From Atractiella rhizophila (taxonomy: Eukaryota), in contig MU271517.1 in NCBI GenBank assembly GCA_021432655.1, forward strand, positions 3,887 through 51,040: a stretch of DNA of 47,154 bases, given 5' to 3'. Shown here piece by piece: positions 26,587-40,755 of the stretch (position 1 is the stretch's first letter; each line of letters opens with the position of its first letter). The translations under genes and the position numbers were made by a program. The notes beneath the pieces were generated by a model, which was not told the DNA's origin, searched no databases, and was given only the letters and a program-made list of their open reading frames with translations.

Positions 26587-29500
26587 TCAGTCTTCCTTCC
26601 AATCTTTCAAGTCCGTGCCTCCTGCAAGTAGGATTCCAGCAAGGGTAAACTTCCTGAGTCTTGTCCGGAGTTGGAAGACGACGATGAAGAGCGAGAGTAT
26701 GGCAAACATCACGCCGGAGGCCACGAGCTGAGGAAAAGAGACGTCGACTACATGGCGTTCTCCCACTGGAGCGGAGAGTGTGGTGGCGTTCTCAGAATTG
26801 ACTCCAGCCACGAATATCAGCTCGGACGTCATGATTCTGTTTAAGGACTTGGCTGCCTCATCTGCTCTTCGAAGTTTGATGGAATTCGCACCCGATGGGT
26901 TGGAGAGGGCGACCTCACCAGCACGAGATCCGATAAGTAAGTTATCACTGAAACGGCCGGCTTCAGATTCTGCCAGCATGGAGCCTCTAGCATAAACTTG
27001 AAACGCCACCTGTCCGAAATCGAGGTTCCCAATCTTATCCTGCTCTCGGTTCCTCTTGCGAATAGAAGCAGAGTTGTTATAAATTGTCACTTCAGAGCCG
27101 TACAGAACCTTGATATTTGGTTCACAAACAAGCGTTGTCAGTCTTGTTGGAGTGTCGTAAATCATGCATACTCTGGATTATAGCTAGAGTGATGTTGATG
27201 ATCCAATCTAGCCAGTCAGCCGAAAGTTTGCTAAAAGGCATGCGTTCAAGATTGATCCGAGAGCCTGCGAAAAGTGTCCAGGCAAAGAGGCCAGTGAAAA
27301 TGGGCTCTTCATTATCGATCCTTTGGGGTCGCTGGAGAGGATGGAACCAAGAATAACCGCGAGGAGCCTCTACGAGCCCTTGCAGATTGTGTTCTCTGAG
27401 CTGAATAGACACAAAAGAGGAACCATTGATGTCCGAAGTCCATGTCTGAAGCTGTGGAGCAGCCCACTGGCAAGACATCTTCCACACCCCGAGATCGGTC
27501 GAAAAACGAATGCTGGCACCGTAAACGTCCTCTTCGATGGGCTGCTGTACGAAATACCCTTCCTCGTTTGTTAGAGGCATCTTAACCCATGCGGAATAAC
27601 CTAGCTCAACCTAGCTCTTCCTCGACATAGTTTAACCCGCTCCAGAGCATATTTTCCTCATTCAACAACCCGAGGAATTTATCTGCAACAGGACTACCTA
27701 GTCCTAGACTTGTACGCCATGGTTCTCCTTGTGCAGTGATATTGCTGTACAGGGGGTCCTCCTGTTCAGAAAACCAATTGATTGGAACTGACTCGCTTGG
27801 GCCGATGGGCACCACGCGACGATGAAGTTGTATAGCTCCTTGAGATATGATGGAGCAAGCAGCGATGACAAGGAAGGAGAGAAATGCTAGGCGATAGTAC
27901 CATGACACGACGGACTTTGGCGTGAACAGGAATGAATGTCGAATTTGGCCAACGACAGATGTAGTGTTCGTCGATACCTCTTCAAATGCGCTTCTGACCC
28001 TCTCCTGTTCCATCGTTCCATTAGTGACGGCAGAATCCGACAGACGTGTCCATTCCTAACAGGCAGAAGCATCACTAACTTCAAGTCAGAGTGTCAGATG
28101 AAGAACAACGAACCTCCGATCGCACTTCACGCATGGAGCTCCTGGCTCCGCCGAGTGCTAAAGTCCTCCAGAACCCAATGGCAACCGTGAATATTGTTCC
28201 CAGGAGTACAAGGCGATTTTCTCCAACGTCTCCAGGTACAATCACATCGTGGGTGTATGCGTACGCTCCGAAAGCGATGAAAGTTGCTCCCACTCCAGGG
28301 GTGATGAATCCAACGTACTTCCTCAAGTTTCCCACTTCCGCCTCAACTTTTCCCATAGGGGATGATGTTGTCTGTCTACAATCAATCTGTAGCCTAGTCT
28401 GGAAATCTACCAGTCGCACCCCCGAATTTCGAAGCGCAAGATACACATTCTCCTCCTCCCCTTCCGTCATTCCATGTTCACCTGCCAGATCCTTCGCAAT
28501 CTCCGTCACGTTGTGCCCATCAATCCATTTCCTAGGATAACAGGATTCCTACCCCTACCCACAAGTCGCAAGACTGTTGAAGGGGAAAGATGTCTCTGAA
28601 TCCGCCTCTCCCGCCGCTGTAGCACAAGCACTAATGCTCCAGCTACAGCCAGAGAGAGAAAAAAAACAGCTACGACCCAAAGAAACTCGTTCTGAGAGTG
28701 AAGTACGAGGCCAAGTCTGTAACCGTAGCCTCGGACAACCATCGTACCAAATGGAGCACCATGAAAAAACGCGGTCAACCCGCCTTTCACCAGATCGGTG
28801 ATGCGCTTGGAGAGGTAACTCTCGTCGCGAGGATAGTAAACGATGGTGGTGGAATTTGAAGAATTCAGGGTTATGGTTTCTGAAAAAAAGAACTCGGCAA
28901 GAAAAAGGGTGGGCATGCTCTCTGCGTACTGGCGAAGAGAGTCGGACATGGCAATTTTCAGCTGAGTCTCGTCAATATTTCCTTTCCTTCGCGGCATTGG
29001 CTCGTCTGTCTTCCACAATGGGGCTGAGGATACGGCGACAACGTAGGACTGGATGGAGAATCGAGGAAGACAGAAGACTACCGAAACATCTGTTGGGATG
29101 TTGGTCTGCAGGGCAGCCCATTCTTCTTGATATGGACGCCAAGAGGAAGGTATCGCAGTTTGAGGGACTGAGGACATGTTGAATACCACGCCATCGATGC
29201 TCCTGTCGTACCACAGGGCCGTTTGAAAGGCAAGCATAATGGCCCCGTCAAAAGAGGGAATGAGCGATGTGGCATTTGAGTCTGATTTCAGAATAGGAGT
29301 AAGAAAATATAGAGCTGTAACAAGTTGGATCAGCATCAATACAAGAGCAAGTGGAACGCCTAGCGTACCATCGGGCTCGAAAGGAGCACTGCCAAAGCCA
29401 AAGAATCCACCAGTTTCATAGAATACTCCTCCGTCAAGCACTTCTGACAAATTATCTCCAATTGGATCCGAAATGTACGTAGGTGCCATCCACTTGCAGT

Positions 29501-30402
29501 CATACGTCACGGAAACGATGTCGGACGGATACATCTCCAAATTATTGGCTTTGAGGAGTGTGGGAACGGGTATCACAAAGTCAAGGCGGCCAGTTCCCCC
29601 TCGAACCGCCATGGAGGTGGTTAGAAGGGCAGCAGGGGTGAGGATGGTATCGATGCCGCGAAAAGGGTCAGACAAGTTGGCGTGGATGGAAAGAGGCGGG
29701 AGGGCGGAGATCGTGATATTGTGAAGGCCAACGGAATACCACTCTTTCCGAAGACAGATTAGGAAACACGTGAGGGTGGCGGATCAGAGGGACGCATACC
29801 AGAAACGACCTGCAGAAGGGACGGCGCTAATTCGTTAAGTCCTAAGCTGAGCAAGCACTGGCGAAAACCACCTTGAAAACTTTGGAGCTGCCAGGAAAAA
29901 AAGTGAAAAGGTCCACCGCATGCCAGAGCGTACCACCAAGGTTGGAGGAAATGTGATTTAGATGTGTGAAGATCAACCCATTCTCGTTCCCTGTGGTGTC
30001 AGAAGAAGCGATAGAAAGGCGCCTGTGCCACTCTTCTGACCTTATCCGATCTACCAAACTATCAACAAAGAGCAAGCAGATGAAGATCCATATATTCGCT
30101 AATGCTGTGACGAAGCCTCGGATTTCTGTAGTGTGCTCTGTGGAGTGGGAGACGATAATATTCTTCCCTGAATATGCGACGTAGATGCAAAAAATCAAGT
30201 ATATCAGTCCTAAAATGGACGGGAGGAAAGTATTCGCCAGTCTCCAGAAACTGGAGCGTGGTCGTTCCAGGGGCGAAGATAAAGGAACCACCGCTTCGTA
30301 CGTGGGATAATCACATTCTTCCTTCTCTTCCTCGCGCAAGATGTTCAGCCTAGGCGATGTGGGATGACGGTACGGATCAAGATTTGGCAGTGACTGATAC
30401 AT
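26587..30402 (-). pseudogene. Degenerate copy A of an uncharacterised multi-pass membrane protein
   Basis: Colinear with 32166..36034, but frameshifted at ~29853, ~28540, 27598-27617 (10-bp duplication) and ~27165-27190. Confidence 0.75.
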
Positions 30403-32165
30403 CCCTGTTCCACTACAAGTCCTTCGACGTCTTACAACAAGCCAACACCAAAGAGAAGGCAGAGTCTCTGAGGAGCTGAAACCGTCCTACTTATCTTAAA
30501 AGAATTTGAGAAAAAGCTGCCATCACTGTGAGACCCACAGACTATTGGTAGGACATCAGTGTGGGCAACTCCGCAAGAATTTAGGCTACGTTCCACCTGA
30601 CACTCAAGGTTGTTTAGCGCATAAAGGACTTTTGTGAGGAAGAACATTGACAGATTGTGAAGCTTGCGCAAATGCGGGATAGAGACCGAGTAACAACAAA
30701 CATCGAGTATGTGGCTCATCTCATCCGTCTGTTCTTCAATTTCAAAGAAAGCTTCCCGTAGTGTATGAAAATGAAACGAATAAAGCTGGCCAACAGCAGT
30801 TCCGCGGGGCTATACTGTAGCGTGCCAAGGTTGGAAGCATTAGACAATCACTTCTCGCTCATCCGATTTATCATAACTCGGAGGAAAGCTTGCGAGAGAG
30901 TCTGGCGCTGTCATCATAAGCAGGAGGATTGTAATCAGAGGAGCACTAAAGGACTTGCACCTCCGCACCTGTTTGTGGAATGAAAGTTTCCTCTTGGGAG
31001 TAATGGATTGCTTGATACCCCAAATCAACTGTTCACGACACCACTGTAGTTGACGAATTGCAATTTCTGCCACTACAGTACTCAATCCCAAGCGCTCTGA
31101 GCAACCTGCTGAGCCCTTCTGGGCGCTCGCATGATTCGTGAGATTTGAACTGATTTGAACGCACCTTTCGTTGCCCCACATGATTTGTAGCATCAAGGAA
31201 GGAAGACGTGATGCACTAGTTCGACCACAGGGACAATCTGTCGACCTTCTCCCCCGATATCTCACCCGTTCTTTCTGTGCTGTGTTGCTCCAAATCCCAC
31301 AGAGATTAGCCTCTTCCATAAAGGACAGGTGGTGCGCAGCAACTCGAGACTCTCGAGACTACAGAGCCTGCATCGTCCAGGTAGTATTGAGACTACGTTT
31401 GACACAACGTAAATAAGGCAGAAACGGCAGAATACGCTCAGTGGCATGACAGCTCGACAAATCTGAGGTGTACGCCATGGTTGAATTTATTGTAACGAAT
31501 TCGCTATGGATCCAGGTCGCACTCAGAGTTTCCTGTCTCTTGCCAAGAATGCTTGACTTGTGCAAGTACACAAGAAAGTCCAATAACTCGTCCAATTTCT
31601 TTAATGCAAGCCTCCCGAGGAAATGTTGCTATGTGCAAGCTTGCCTTCTGCAGCCGAGTTCTGTCGCCTTCTGCTATAAAATTTTTACGCAAGAGAAAGA
31701 ATGTCTTGAAAATTGACATGTTTGCGCTGTTGGTTGTGCTTTGTGCCTAGTTTTTAAACACGGATGATGATGAGAGGATGAGAGCGTGTCAATTACTTGA
31801 AGTCCCTATGCGATATTGATGTCTCCCCGAGCCAGAGTCCCAACAGATGTGTATATCGGTGCGCCATTCTTCTTGCCACCGCCTTTATGATTGCTCCCGA
31901 ACGTTTGCTGCAACAACCCATATTGAGACATCGCGATCTCTCATGAGGTCTCGCCGTCTAGTGACCCGATGGGAGGGAAAAGCGCGAACGCAAATGCCTC
32001 ACAGTGTGGCGTCAACAGGCATAGTCCCAACTCCATACGTTCTTCCTACCGTGACCTCGATCTTCTGGATAATGGTTGGCATTGTCAAAATTTACTGTTA
32101 CATCGTCATGGCATGTAATAGTACACATTGAATCTATCATTAGAATTGCAGACCATTTGGAGTTC

Positions 32166-35100
32166 TCAATCGTCAGTCATTCTATTCCAGTCCTGCAAGT
32201 CCGTGCCTCCTGCCAGTAATATTCCGGCAAGAGTGAACTTTCTCAACCTCGTTCTGACTTGGAAGACAAGTAAAAGTAGTGAAAGTATTGCAAACATCAC
32301 GCCAGAGGCCACGAGCTGAGGAAGAGAGACGTCGACTACATAGCGTTCTCCCACTGGAGCAGACAGGGTGGTGACATTGTGAATATTCACTGTTGCAACC
32401 AATTTGAGCTCCGATGTCAGGATACTGTTCAACGACCGTGCTGCTTCAGCTCCCGTTCGAAGCACGATAGAATTCGCATCAGATGAGTTGGAGAGGGCGA
32501 CATGACCAGCACGAGAGCCGATAAGTAAGTTGTCACTGAAGCGACCTAGTTCTGATTCGCCCAGCATGGATCCCATAGCATAAACTTGGAATGCCAGCTG
32601 TCCGAATTCAAGGTTTCCGACCTTTTCTGATTCACGGTTCCTCTTGCGGATAGAAGCAGTGTTGTTATAGATTGTCACTTCAGAGTTATAAAAAATCTTG
32701 ATATTCGGTTCGCAAACAAGCGTCGTCAGTCTTGTGGGAATCTCGTAAAACGATCCAAAATCCGGATTATAGTGAGCCATCTCGCTAGTGAGCCAATCTC
32801 GCCAATCAGCCGAAAGATCGGAGAAAGGCACATTATCGACATTGATCCGTGAGCCTGCGAAAAGCGTCCAGGCGAAGAGGCCGCTGGAGATAAACTCTTC
32901 GTTGTCCATGCGTTGAGGCATCTGAAGCGGAGTAAACCAGGAAAACGGAAAAGGAACCGCTACAACCCCTTGTAAATTGTGCTCCATGAGCTGGATGGAG
33001 ACAAAGGAGGAACTATTGATGTCCGCGCTCCACGGTTGAAGTCTTGGAGCAGCCCATTCGCAAGACGTTTTCCACACTCCGAGGTCAGTCAAGAAGCGAA
33101 TGCTGATACCCTTTAAGTCTTCCGTCCCGGCAGGCTGCAGAAGAAAGTATCCTTCCGCGTTGGTCGAAGGCATTTGGACCGCCACTGGGATATCTAGCTC
33201 TTCCTCAATATAACCAACCCCACTCGAGATCAGAAATTCCTGGCGCCAGCCATTGACGGCAAAATCTAAATCACTGTTACCTATGCCTTGACTTGTGCGC
33301 CATGGTTCTCGAGATGCACACAAAATAGTGTATAAGCTGCTAACGTTTGTCGAGTATGCATTGATAGCAACTGGTTCGCTTGAACCAATGGATACTACGC
33401 GACGGCGTAGTTGGATCGCTCCTTGAGAAGTGATGGAGCAAACAGACATGATGAGGAATGAAAGCACTGCAAGCCGATAATACTTGGATATGAGGGAGTG
33501 AGGTGTAAACAGGACGGAACGTCGAAGTTGATCAACAATTGACGTAGTATTTGTCGACACGTCCCCGATTGCGGTTCTGACATTTTCTTGCGCCATTATT
33601 CCCTGCGTGGTTGCCCGACTTGACAAACGTGTCCATTCCTAGATAACAGAAATGTTAGCCTGAATATCGCTATACGGGCGTCCTTAAAACGTCCGTAATG
33701 AAGGCGTACCTCAGATCGCACTTCACGAATAGAGCTCCTAGTTCCACCCAGAGCCAGAGTTCTCCACAACCCAATGACGACGGTGAAAGTCGTTCCTAGG
33801 AGCACTGGTCGAACATCTCCGATATCTTCGGGAATAATCACGTCGTGGGTATATGCGTATGCTCCAAAGGCGATGAACGCTCCTCCCACCACTGGTGTGA
33901 TAAACCCAACGAGTTTCCTCAAACTTCTTCCTTCTATCTTGAATTTCCTCGTTGGGACCGGCGTCATCTGCAAGCGGACAGTCGGCCCCGTTCCGCTCGC
34001 AGCTCGAAAGTCATCTATTCGCACCATGGAATTTCGGAAAGCAAAATGCACCTTCTCCTCCTCTTCATCAGTCATTCCGCATCCAGGTGTCAGGTCGGTT
34101 GCAAACTCCATCAGCCCCCGTCCATTAAGCCATTTTTCGCCAACCAGAGACGTCTCCTTATCCCAACGCACGAGCCGCAAGACTCCTGCAATAGAAAGCT
34201 GTCTCTCAAGGCGCTTCTCTCGATGCTGGAGAACAAGCACGAGTCCGCCGGCTACAGCCAGACAGAAAAAGGAAGCAGCCACGATCCAAAGAAATTCGTT
34301 CTGTGCACGCAGCACAAGACCCATCCTGTAACCATGGCTTTGGATTACCGTCGTACCAAACGGACCGCCAGTCAGATATGCAGATAGTGCGCCGCGGACC
34401 ATGTCGGTAATGCTCTCGGAGAGGGCATTCGCGTCGACAGGAGTGTCAACGAGAGTAGAATTTGAAAGATTTGTGGCTCTGCGTTCTTGATCCACGAACT
34501 CCGTCGTAAAAATGGAAGGGGCGGTGCGTGCAAGCTCGTGCAGAGAGTCGGACAGAGCAATTTTCAGTTGAGTCTCGTCAATATTCCCGACTCGATAGGG
34601 AAGCGGATTCTCCAGCTGCCCCCCTACTTGAGCTGAGTCGACGGCGACAGAGTAAGAGTGCACGGAGAACTGAGGAAGACAGAAGAGTATTGACACTTCT
34701 TTCGCGATCGGGCCGTTCCCCATGAGTAGCCACTCCTCTTGATACGTGCGCCACGAGGGAGGGATCGAGAGCTGAGGAACAGAAGAAAAGTTGAACCACG
34801 AGGTTTCAGCAAAAATAGCGTCCAATGGAGCCGTCTGAACGGCAACCATTATAACACCATCGAAAGAAGGAATGATGGAGGTGTTGTCAGGGGCGAGTTT
34901 GAAAATAGATGAGAGGAAATCTGCACCTATAACAGGTTGGATAACAGTCAATCCTACGGAATGGCAAGTGAGATGCAATAACTCACTATTAGGGTGGAAA
35001 GGAGCTTTCCCAAACCCGAAAAAATCGACCCGCTCCGTAAGTCGCTCCTCCATCATACACTTCTTGAGCATTGTCACCATTTGGGTCTGAGACGTATGTA

Positions 35101-36034
35101 GGCGCCACCCATGCACAGTCATATGTCAAGGAAACGACATCGGTGGGATACACCTCGTAACTGTTGGGAATGTGGATCACTGGAATCGGTACCACGACTT
35201 TCGATGATAACCCCACACTCAAGAAAGGGGTTAATCCCGTAGCAGGTGTGCGGAGGGAATCTGTGCCAGCAAAAGGCTGCGACAAGTTGGCGTGGATGGA
35301 AAGCGGAGGCAAGGAGGGAATCGTAATGTTGTGATTACCAATGGAAAACCATTCTTTCCGAAACCAGATCAGAATGCTTTGAGAGGCGGGGGCGGTTGGT
35401 GAAGAGACTTACCGGGAATTACTTGCAGAAGGGAAGGTGCCAATTCGTTAAGCCCCAAGCTGAGCAAAGCGCTGACAAAAACAAATTTGAAAACTCTAGA
35501 ACTGCCGGGAAAGAAGGTAAACAAGTCCACTGCGTGTCGGAAAGTACCTCCCAGGTTGGAGGAAACATGATTCACGTGCGCAAAGGTCAATCCAGTCTCC
35601 TCCTCAGTGGCATCAGCAGAAGAACAAGAAGAAGCTCTAGAAAGGCGTCGATACCACTCTTCTGACCGTATGCGGTCCACCAAAGTATCAACAAAGAGCA
35701 GGCAGAAGAAGATCCATATATTCGCCAATGTTGTGACGGCACCTCGAATTTCTGTAATGTGGTCCGTAGAATGGGAGATAATGACGTTTTTGCGCGAATA
35801 GGCAACGTAAATGCAAAACACTACATATATCAGTCCTAAAATGGACGGGAGGAAAGTATCAGCCAGTGTCCTGAAGCTAGAGCGTGGTCGTTCCAGAGGT
35901 GATGATGTTGGAGCCTCTGTTTTATAGATGGGATAATCACATTCTTCCTTGTCTTTCTCGTCCGAGGTACTGAGCCAAGGCGATGTGGGATGACGATACG
36001 GATCTGGATCTGGCTCTGGAAGCGACTGATACAT
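32166..36034 (-). CDS. Uncharacterised multi-pass membrane protein, copy B (~1200 aa, internally duplicated)
   Basis: Long ORFs 35369..36034, 34989..35312, 33596..35122 and 32166..33626 joined by introns, plus one +1 shift in a homopolymer at 35019-35024. Hydrophobic helices flank N-glycosylation-rich regions. Confidence 0.82.
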
Positions 36035-37471
36035 CCCTGTTCCTCTTCAACGTCTTAAAAGGCCACCTCCAAGAAGAAGGCAGAGTTGCTGAAGAGCTGA
36101 AACAATACCCTACTTAACAGGATCTGAGGGAAAGGCAGTCAACCTACAGACTACCGCTCTGACCAACAGTGTTGGCAACTCCAGCTATCTTCTAACGAGA
36201 GGCAAGATGGGCTGGGCTTAGAACCACAGAACTTCCAGCTTATCTACTCCTCAGACAACCTCACCAAATGCACCACGGGGTCAGATGGAGAACAAAGGGG
36301 TGGAATTAGTGAGAAGAGGCTGGGTAACGGCATAAATCAAGTGCCAGTTTGCCATTCATCTCATCCACTTCAAGGCGAGCTTCCCGTGCGCATGAAACAA
36401 AACAAAGTGAAGCTCGTTCTCGTAGTTCCGCGAAGTCCTAGCGCGCATGCGTTCTCTCTGACTTTCATCTTCCACACGTCAGAATATAACAATCACTTCC
36501 CGCTCATGTGATTATCACAGAACTGCAGGGGAAATGCCGAGTATGAGTACGGTGTGACCGTGCTGGACAATGAGGCCTCCTGCAATGGGATGCTGCTGAA
36601 TTGTACCCAATCTTGTTGCAAGCTCTACGACTACTGAGCCGTGAGCGCATGAGCACCGACTGATCCCTTTCATCCTCTAGCTTAATTCAGATTGAACACA
36701 CCTTCCTTGCAAACCTTTCCCCGCCTGATTTGTAGCCACCAAGGCGTGATACACTAGCTCCACCACAGCTGTCCAACCTTGACGCCTCCCCTTTCATCTG
36801 TCACTTGTGCCTTCGTGGCTACAATGCATGATCGATATGATCGTAGACACAATCCAATCTGGAGGACGTCGCCGATCGAGACCTTCCCAACAGACTTGCA
36901 CGTGCTTTTCAGAATCCGATAGTAGATACCTGGAAGCCGTACAGAGTGAGGGAAGTTACTGTGACGAATTTGGGGTGCGTCGAGGTGCGTCAAGGTCAGA
37001 TTGCTCTCCGTCTCTTACTTTGTGCCTTTCTTGCCACGAGCGCCTGAAGTGAAGTGGTATAGGAAAGTCTGGAAAGCCATGCAACATTGCAATAAAGGAG
37101 TGCTATCAAAGAAATGTTGATTGTGCAGATTGCCTTTGGGGCTGAGTCTGTCACTCACTTCCTTGCTTTCTGACAGCAAAAGACTGCCGGCGATATCTTT
37201 TCATTCTGAGATCTGTCGAGTTGCATCGTTTTAACCACGGACGGCCATGGTGTAGGTCGATTGCGTGGACGTGAGCGCCTTGTGCGATTTCGAGCTACTG
37301 GCGAGATACTAGTGCGCAATAAACATTGGCTTTAACCGCTCTTGGATTCGCTTGCCTTTGCTCATTTACTCTTCCTTTACAGCAGGATCCAGACTTGCAT
37401 TCACTTCTTAAGTGGTTATAGAACCCTCCTTTCTCTGCCCGAGTAGGCTGCAAGTCCATAATCTCAACACA

Positions 37472-40190
37472 ATGTCAACCCTTCTCTCCCTCCTTCTGAT
37501 CACCAAGTCGTCCGGTCATGCCACCCTGCTCCTCGCTGTGCCGGAACACCCAGCACCTATCCCTCGAACGACGCGTCCGATCTACTCCAAGCCGGTGTTG
37601 AAGAAAACAGGGGGAGGATCCAAAAGGACAACCAATCATTATAGCGATTCGGACGAGCCAGATTCGGAAGACGATAAGTTCTACAGACCTGTCCAGAAGG
37701 AGGGACAGTACCTCAATCTCCCAAGGAAGGTGTTAGCCGATGCGTGTGCGCCGGAGAGCGAGATGTGCGACAAGAAGTTTGAAATGGTCATTAATCATTT
37801 GGCGTTCATTGGGCACCCGGTAACCTTGAAGAAGAAGCGAGAGGCGAAGAGTAAGAGCAGAGAAGATGGAAGGCAGAAGGGTGCGAGTGTGAGGCGGGTG
37901 GCTGATTCGTTGGAGCGTAGGGGGAGGACGAGAACGAGCACGAGATTGATGGAAGCCTCGAGTAGCTCGAGTCCGGAGGATCAGCGCTTTCCTCGTTCTG
38001 GAGTGAGTGCAGCTGGGCCGTCTACCTTCGCCAAGACAACGGGACTTGGTGGCGTGTTGTCCTCTTCCCCAACGCATAGCGACATACCGCGAATAGCTAC
38101 GATGGAGAGCCTTCCGGACTATAGAGGACCTTCTCCTCCTCCTCCCATGTCTCCCCGACATGAGGAGCAGACTCTTCCGGAAGAAGGACAGAAGGCAGAG
38201 AGGAAGAATTCGACGACGACGACTTCCTTTGAAGGGACAGAAGAAGACGACGAGCAGGAGATGGGCTCGGCAAAGCTCACCATGTTCAATCTCGTCCTTG
38301 TCATCGATACCCCACCTGATTCAGATTTGAGCGAACATCTGGATGCTTACTACAGGTACAGCCTTCTTTAGGCTGACTGTCTGTTGTGATTGTGAGACTT
38401 CGGCGGCTAGGGACATAATACTTCCTGTAACAGCGGCGCTGAAGCAAGAAGAGAAGGCGTCGAGTTGGTTGACTGAGGAAAAGGTAGCGATAGTACGGCA
38501 GAGGGAAGAACTGGCTGAAAAAGGCAATCTGTTCCCCTTTCCACATATGTGCGATAAGCTCATAGAAGAACAGGCAAACCATACAGCTTTTCTATGGCCC
38601 ATAGCACATCTCCTCTGGTCAGAGCGCTAACGGATGTGTATATCGGTATATTGCTCTTCTGCCGTCGTCTTTGTAATTACTCACGAATAGGTGGTGGAAG
38701 GTCTCAAGAATGCAACAACCCCGATGATATCTTTAAGACATCGCGATCTTTCTGTCGTCCTTCACGAGGTCTCAACATCCACTAATCCGATGGGCGGGGC
38801 AAGTGCGAACGAGAATGCCATCACAGAATGGGGACGACATTCATTTTGGGGAGTTCAAGGCTTACCCGCCGTTGAGGGCGAGGAAGAAAGGTTGTCATCT
38901 TTTCCAGTCATGAAACAAGACACTGATTTGGTGAGAATGCAATAGGAGCAGGAGTGTCGATATTGCGATGGCGTATGACCGTGTAAAGGACGAGGCGGAG
39001 GAATGGGCAAACTTCAGACCTTGGAATAGGTGGCAGACCCTCCTCCCCATCGTGGAGGCCGATAAGTTATCCAACTTGACGAGTGATGAGACTCTCAAGG
39101 CATTTTTGGACTATTTGAGCCCAGTTATCAAGTTCGTGCCCGTGCTCCTTTACACTCGAACAGGGAGGGAGTTGACTGAGAGAATAGCTTCGTTTCATAT
39201 GCCACGCTCCTCAATATCTCACCCGAGAGCATGAAGAAGATTGTAGAGCATATGATTAAATGGAAGAAGGGGAGAGTGATCGAAGTGATCAGCTTCAAGA
39301 ACACGTATTTGGTGTCGCCAAAAATTGACATGCGCACGTAAGTTGATCCAATCTGGTTACCTGTCCAAGTATGCTGAAACCAAAAAAGGCTGGCGGCCTT
39401 GACCAAACTCTTTGCTGAAAACAAAGGGTTTTCAAAGGTTCCCCCTCTTCCTGCCATCCTTTCCTCTCTCTCTCCAGCCCGTCCATTCTCCACAATCATA
39501 CCGAGAGTGCCCCCACTCGGAGTTGCACTCAACGAGCACAAATCCACCTATCTAGACGTCTTGACGTGGCTTCTTCAGAAAGAGTTGGTCGTCCAGGCTC
39601 ACTTCTACATCCGCTTGGTGGCACGTCCTGAAATCAAGAGAAGAGCCAGAGACAATCATTTCAGGTTGAAGAGAGAGAGGCGGAAGGCACGCGCAGAAGA
39701 CGGGGGAAGTGCAAGTGGAGAAGTGTCTCCGAATTATCTCACTCGTACGACGTCGAGCTCGTCCATTTCCTCCTCACTCTCCATCCACGGCCCTCAACCT
39801 CCTATCTCTCCATCTCATTTTCCCTCCTCACCTGCTTCCATCCTCGCTCGCTCCGCTGGCAACCTCACCCGCTCCGGCAATGACGGCGGTTCCAACGCAT
39901 CTGAAAGCGATTGGGAAGAAGACATGTTGAAGCTTTCGGAAGATGTGGACACCCCTTCGATTATTGTGGAGCCGGCGCGCTTGACAAGGGTCGAAAGAAA
40001 GTGGTTGGAGGAGATATACGCAGAAAAGACGGAGGAGCTTGCAGGAGTTTTGAAGAGTATTGTCCATTTGTGTAATGGGAAACATGGGGACTATGAGATA
40101 ATGCAGAGGACTGGCGTGACAAGGAGAGGGATGAGAGCTATAAGGAGGGAGTTCGAGGAAGATTTAATTGTCACTTTACATGTACCGTAG
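37472..40190 (+). CDS. NPR3: Nitrogen permease regulator 3 (SEACIT/GATOR1 subunit)
   Basis: N-terminal longin-like LLLITKSSGHA, MCDKKFEMVINHLAFIGHPV, MFNLVLVID, TAALKQEE and WQTLLP, then a C-terminal YLDVLTWLLQKELVVQ...CNGKH region. Confidence 0.88.
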
Positions 40191-40349
40191 GTTCAAGAAT
40201 TTGTGATGTAGGGCTTTGCCACCGTGATCGAGGGCTTGAGATTCAAAGCAATCACTTCACATAATCCGACACTCTAACATAGAGAAACGTTGTCCTCGAC
40301 CTGTCCGATACTTTGGGTTGCCTGTTCGAATATGGCAAACGTGGTATAG

Positions 40350-40755
40350 CAGAAACTACTGGAAGAGAATAAAGGTTGCAAGTGAAGAGCATGCCATTTT
40401 CTCTCAAATACCTGCCCCGCTAGAGAGCATTTCAACAAATCGATCGCAGCTATACGGAACGACAGCAAGCATCTTTGTAAACTGTAAGAACTGATGAGAA
40501 GTGGCTGATGAAAGAGTAAAAAGACTCACTTCCTCGAACTCGGGTAGAAAGGCTGCATATTCCTAATCAACAACTCCAGTCACATTCCCAGCCCTGCTAT
40601 CGGCTAAGATGAAAGTTGAGGTCGTTTGTGTGTGAAGACCGTAATACGCTCCGCATAATCATCGCAAAACTTCTGCAACCCGGAGTCTTTTCTGTCTGTG
40701 AACTGGATCTTGCAGTCATAGAGCTTTCTAAGGAATTGCCCGGCAGTCTCACACG
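40350..40755 (-). pseudogene. Truncated pseudogene paralog of the adjacent APH-like kinase
   Basis: CETAGQFLRKLY...VFTH/NDLNF/ILADSRAGNVTGVVD*EYAAFLPEFEE|FTKML aligns to 42052..42956, with frameshifts, a W-to-stop change and the same intron position. Confidence 0.85.

Larger units (their letters stand above)
26480..37260. repeat. Direct tandem segmental duplication, two units of ~5.3-5.6 kb (~26480-31780 and ~32090-37260)
   Basis: The paralogous genes share long identical runs. Non-coding upstream blocks also align, e.g. 30750 gcttcccgt vs 36378, 30845 caatcacttc vs 36490, 31180 tgatttgtag vs 36726, and 31621 aaatgttg vs 37112. Confidence 0.88.

Noticed and set aside
6102..40190. Nitrogen-regulation cluster (permease, ODC, NPR3)
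   Set aside because: The genes are spread over ~30 kb with unrelated genes between them; coincidence is sufficient.
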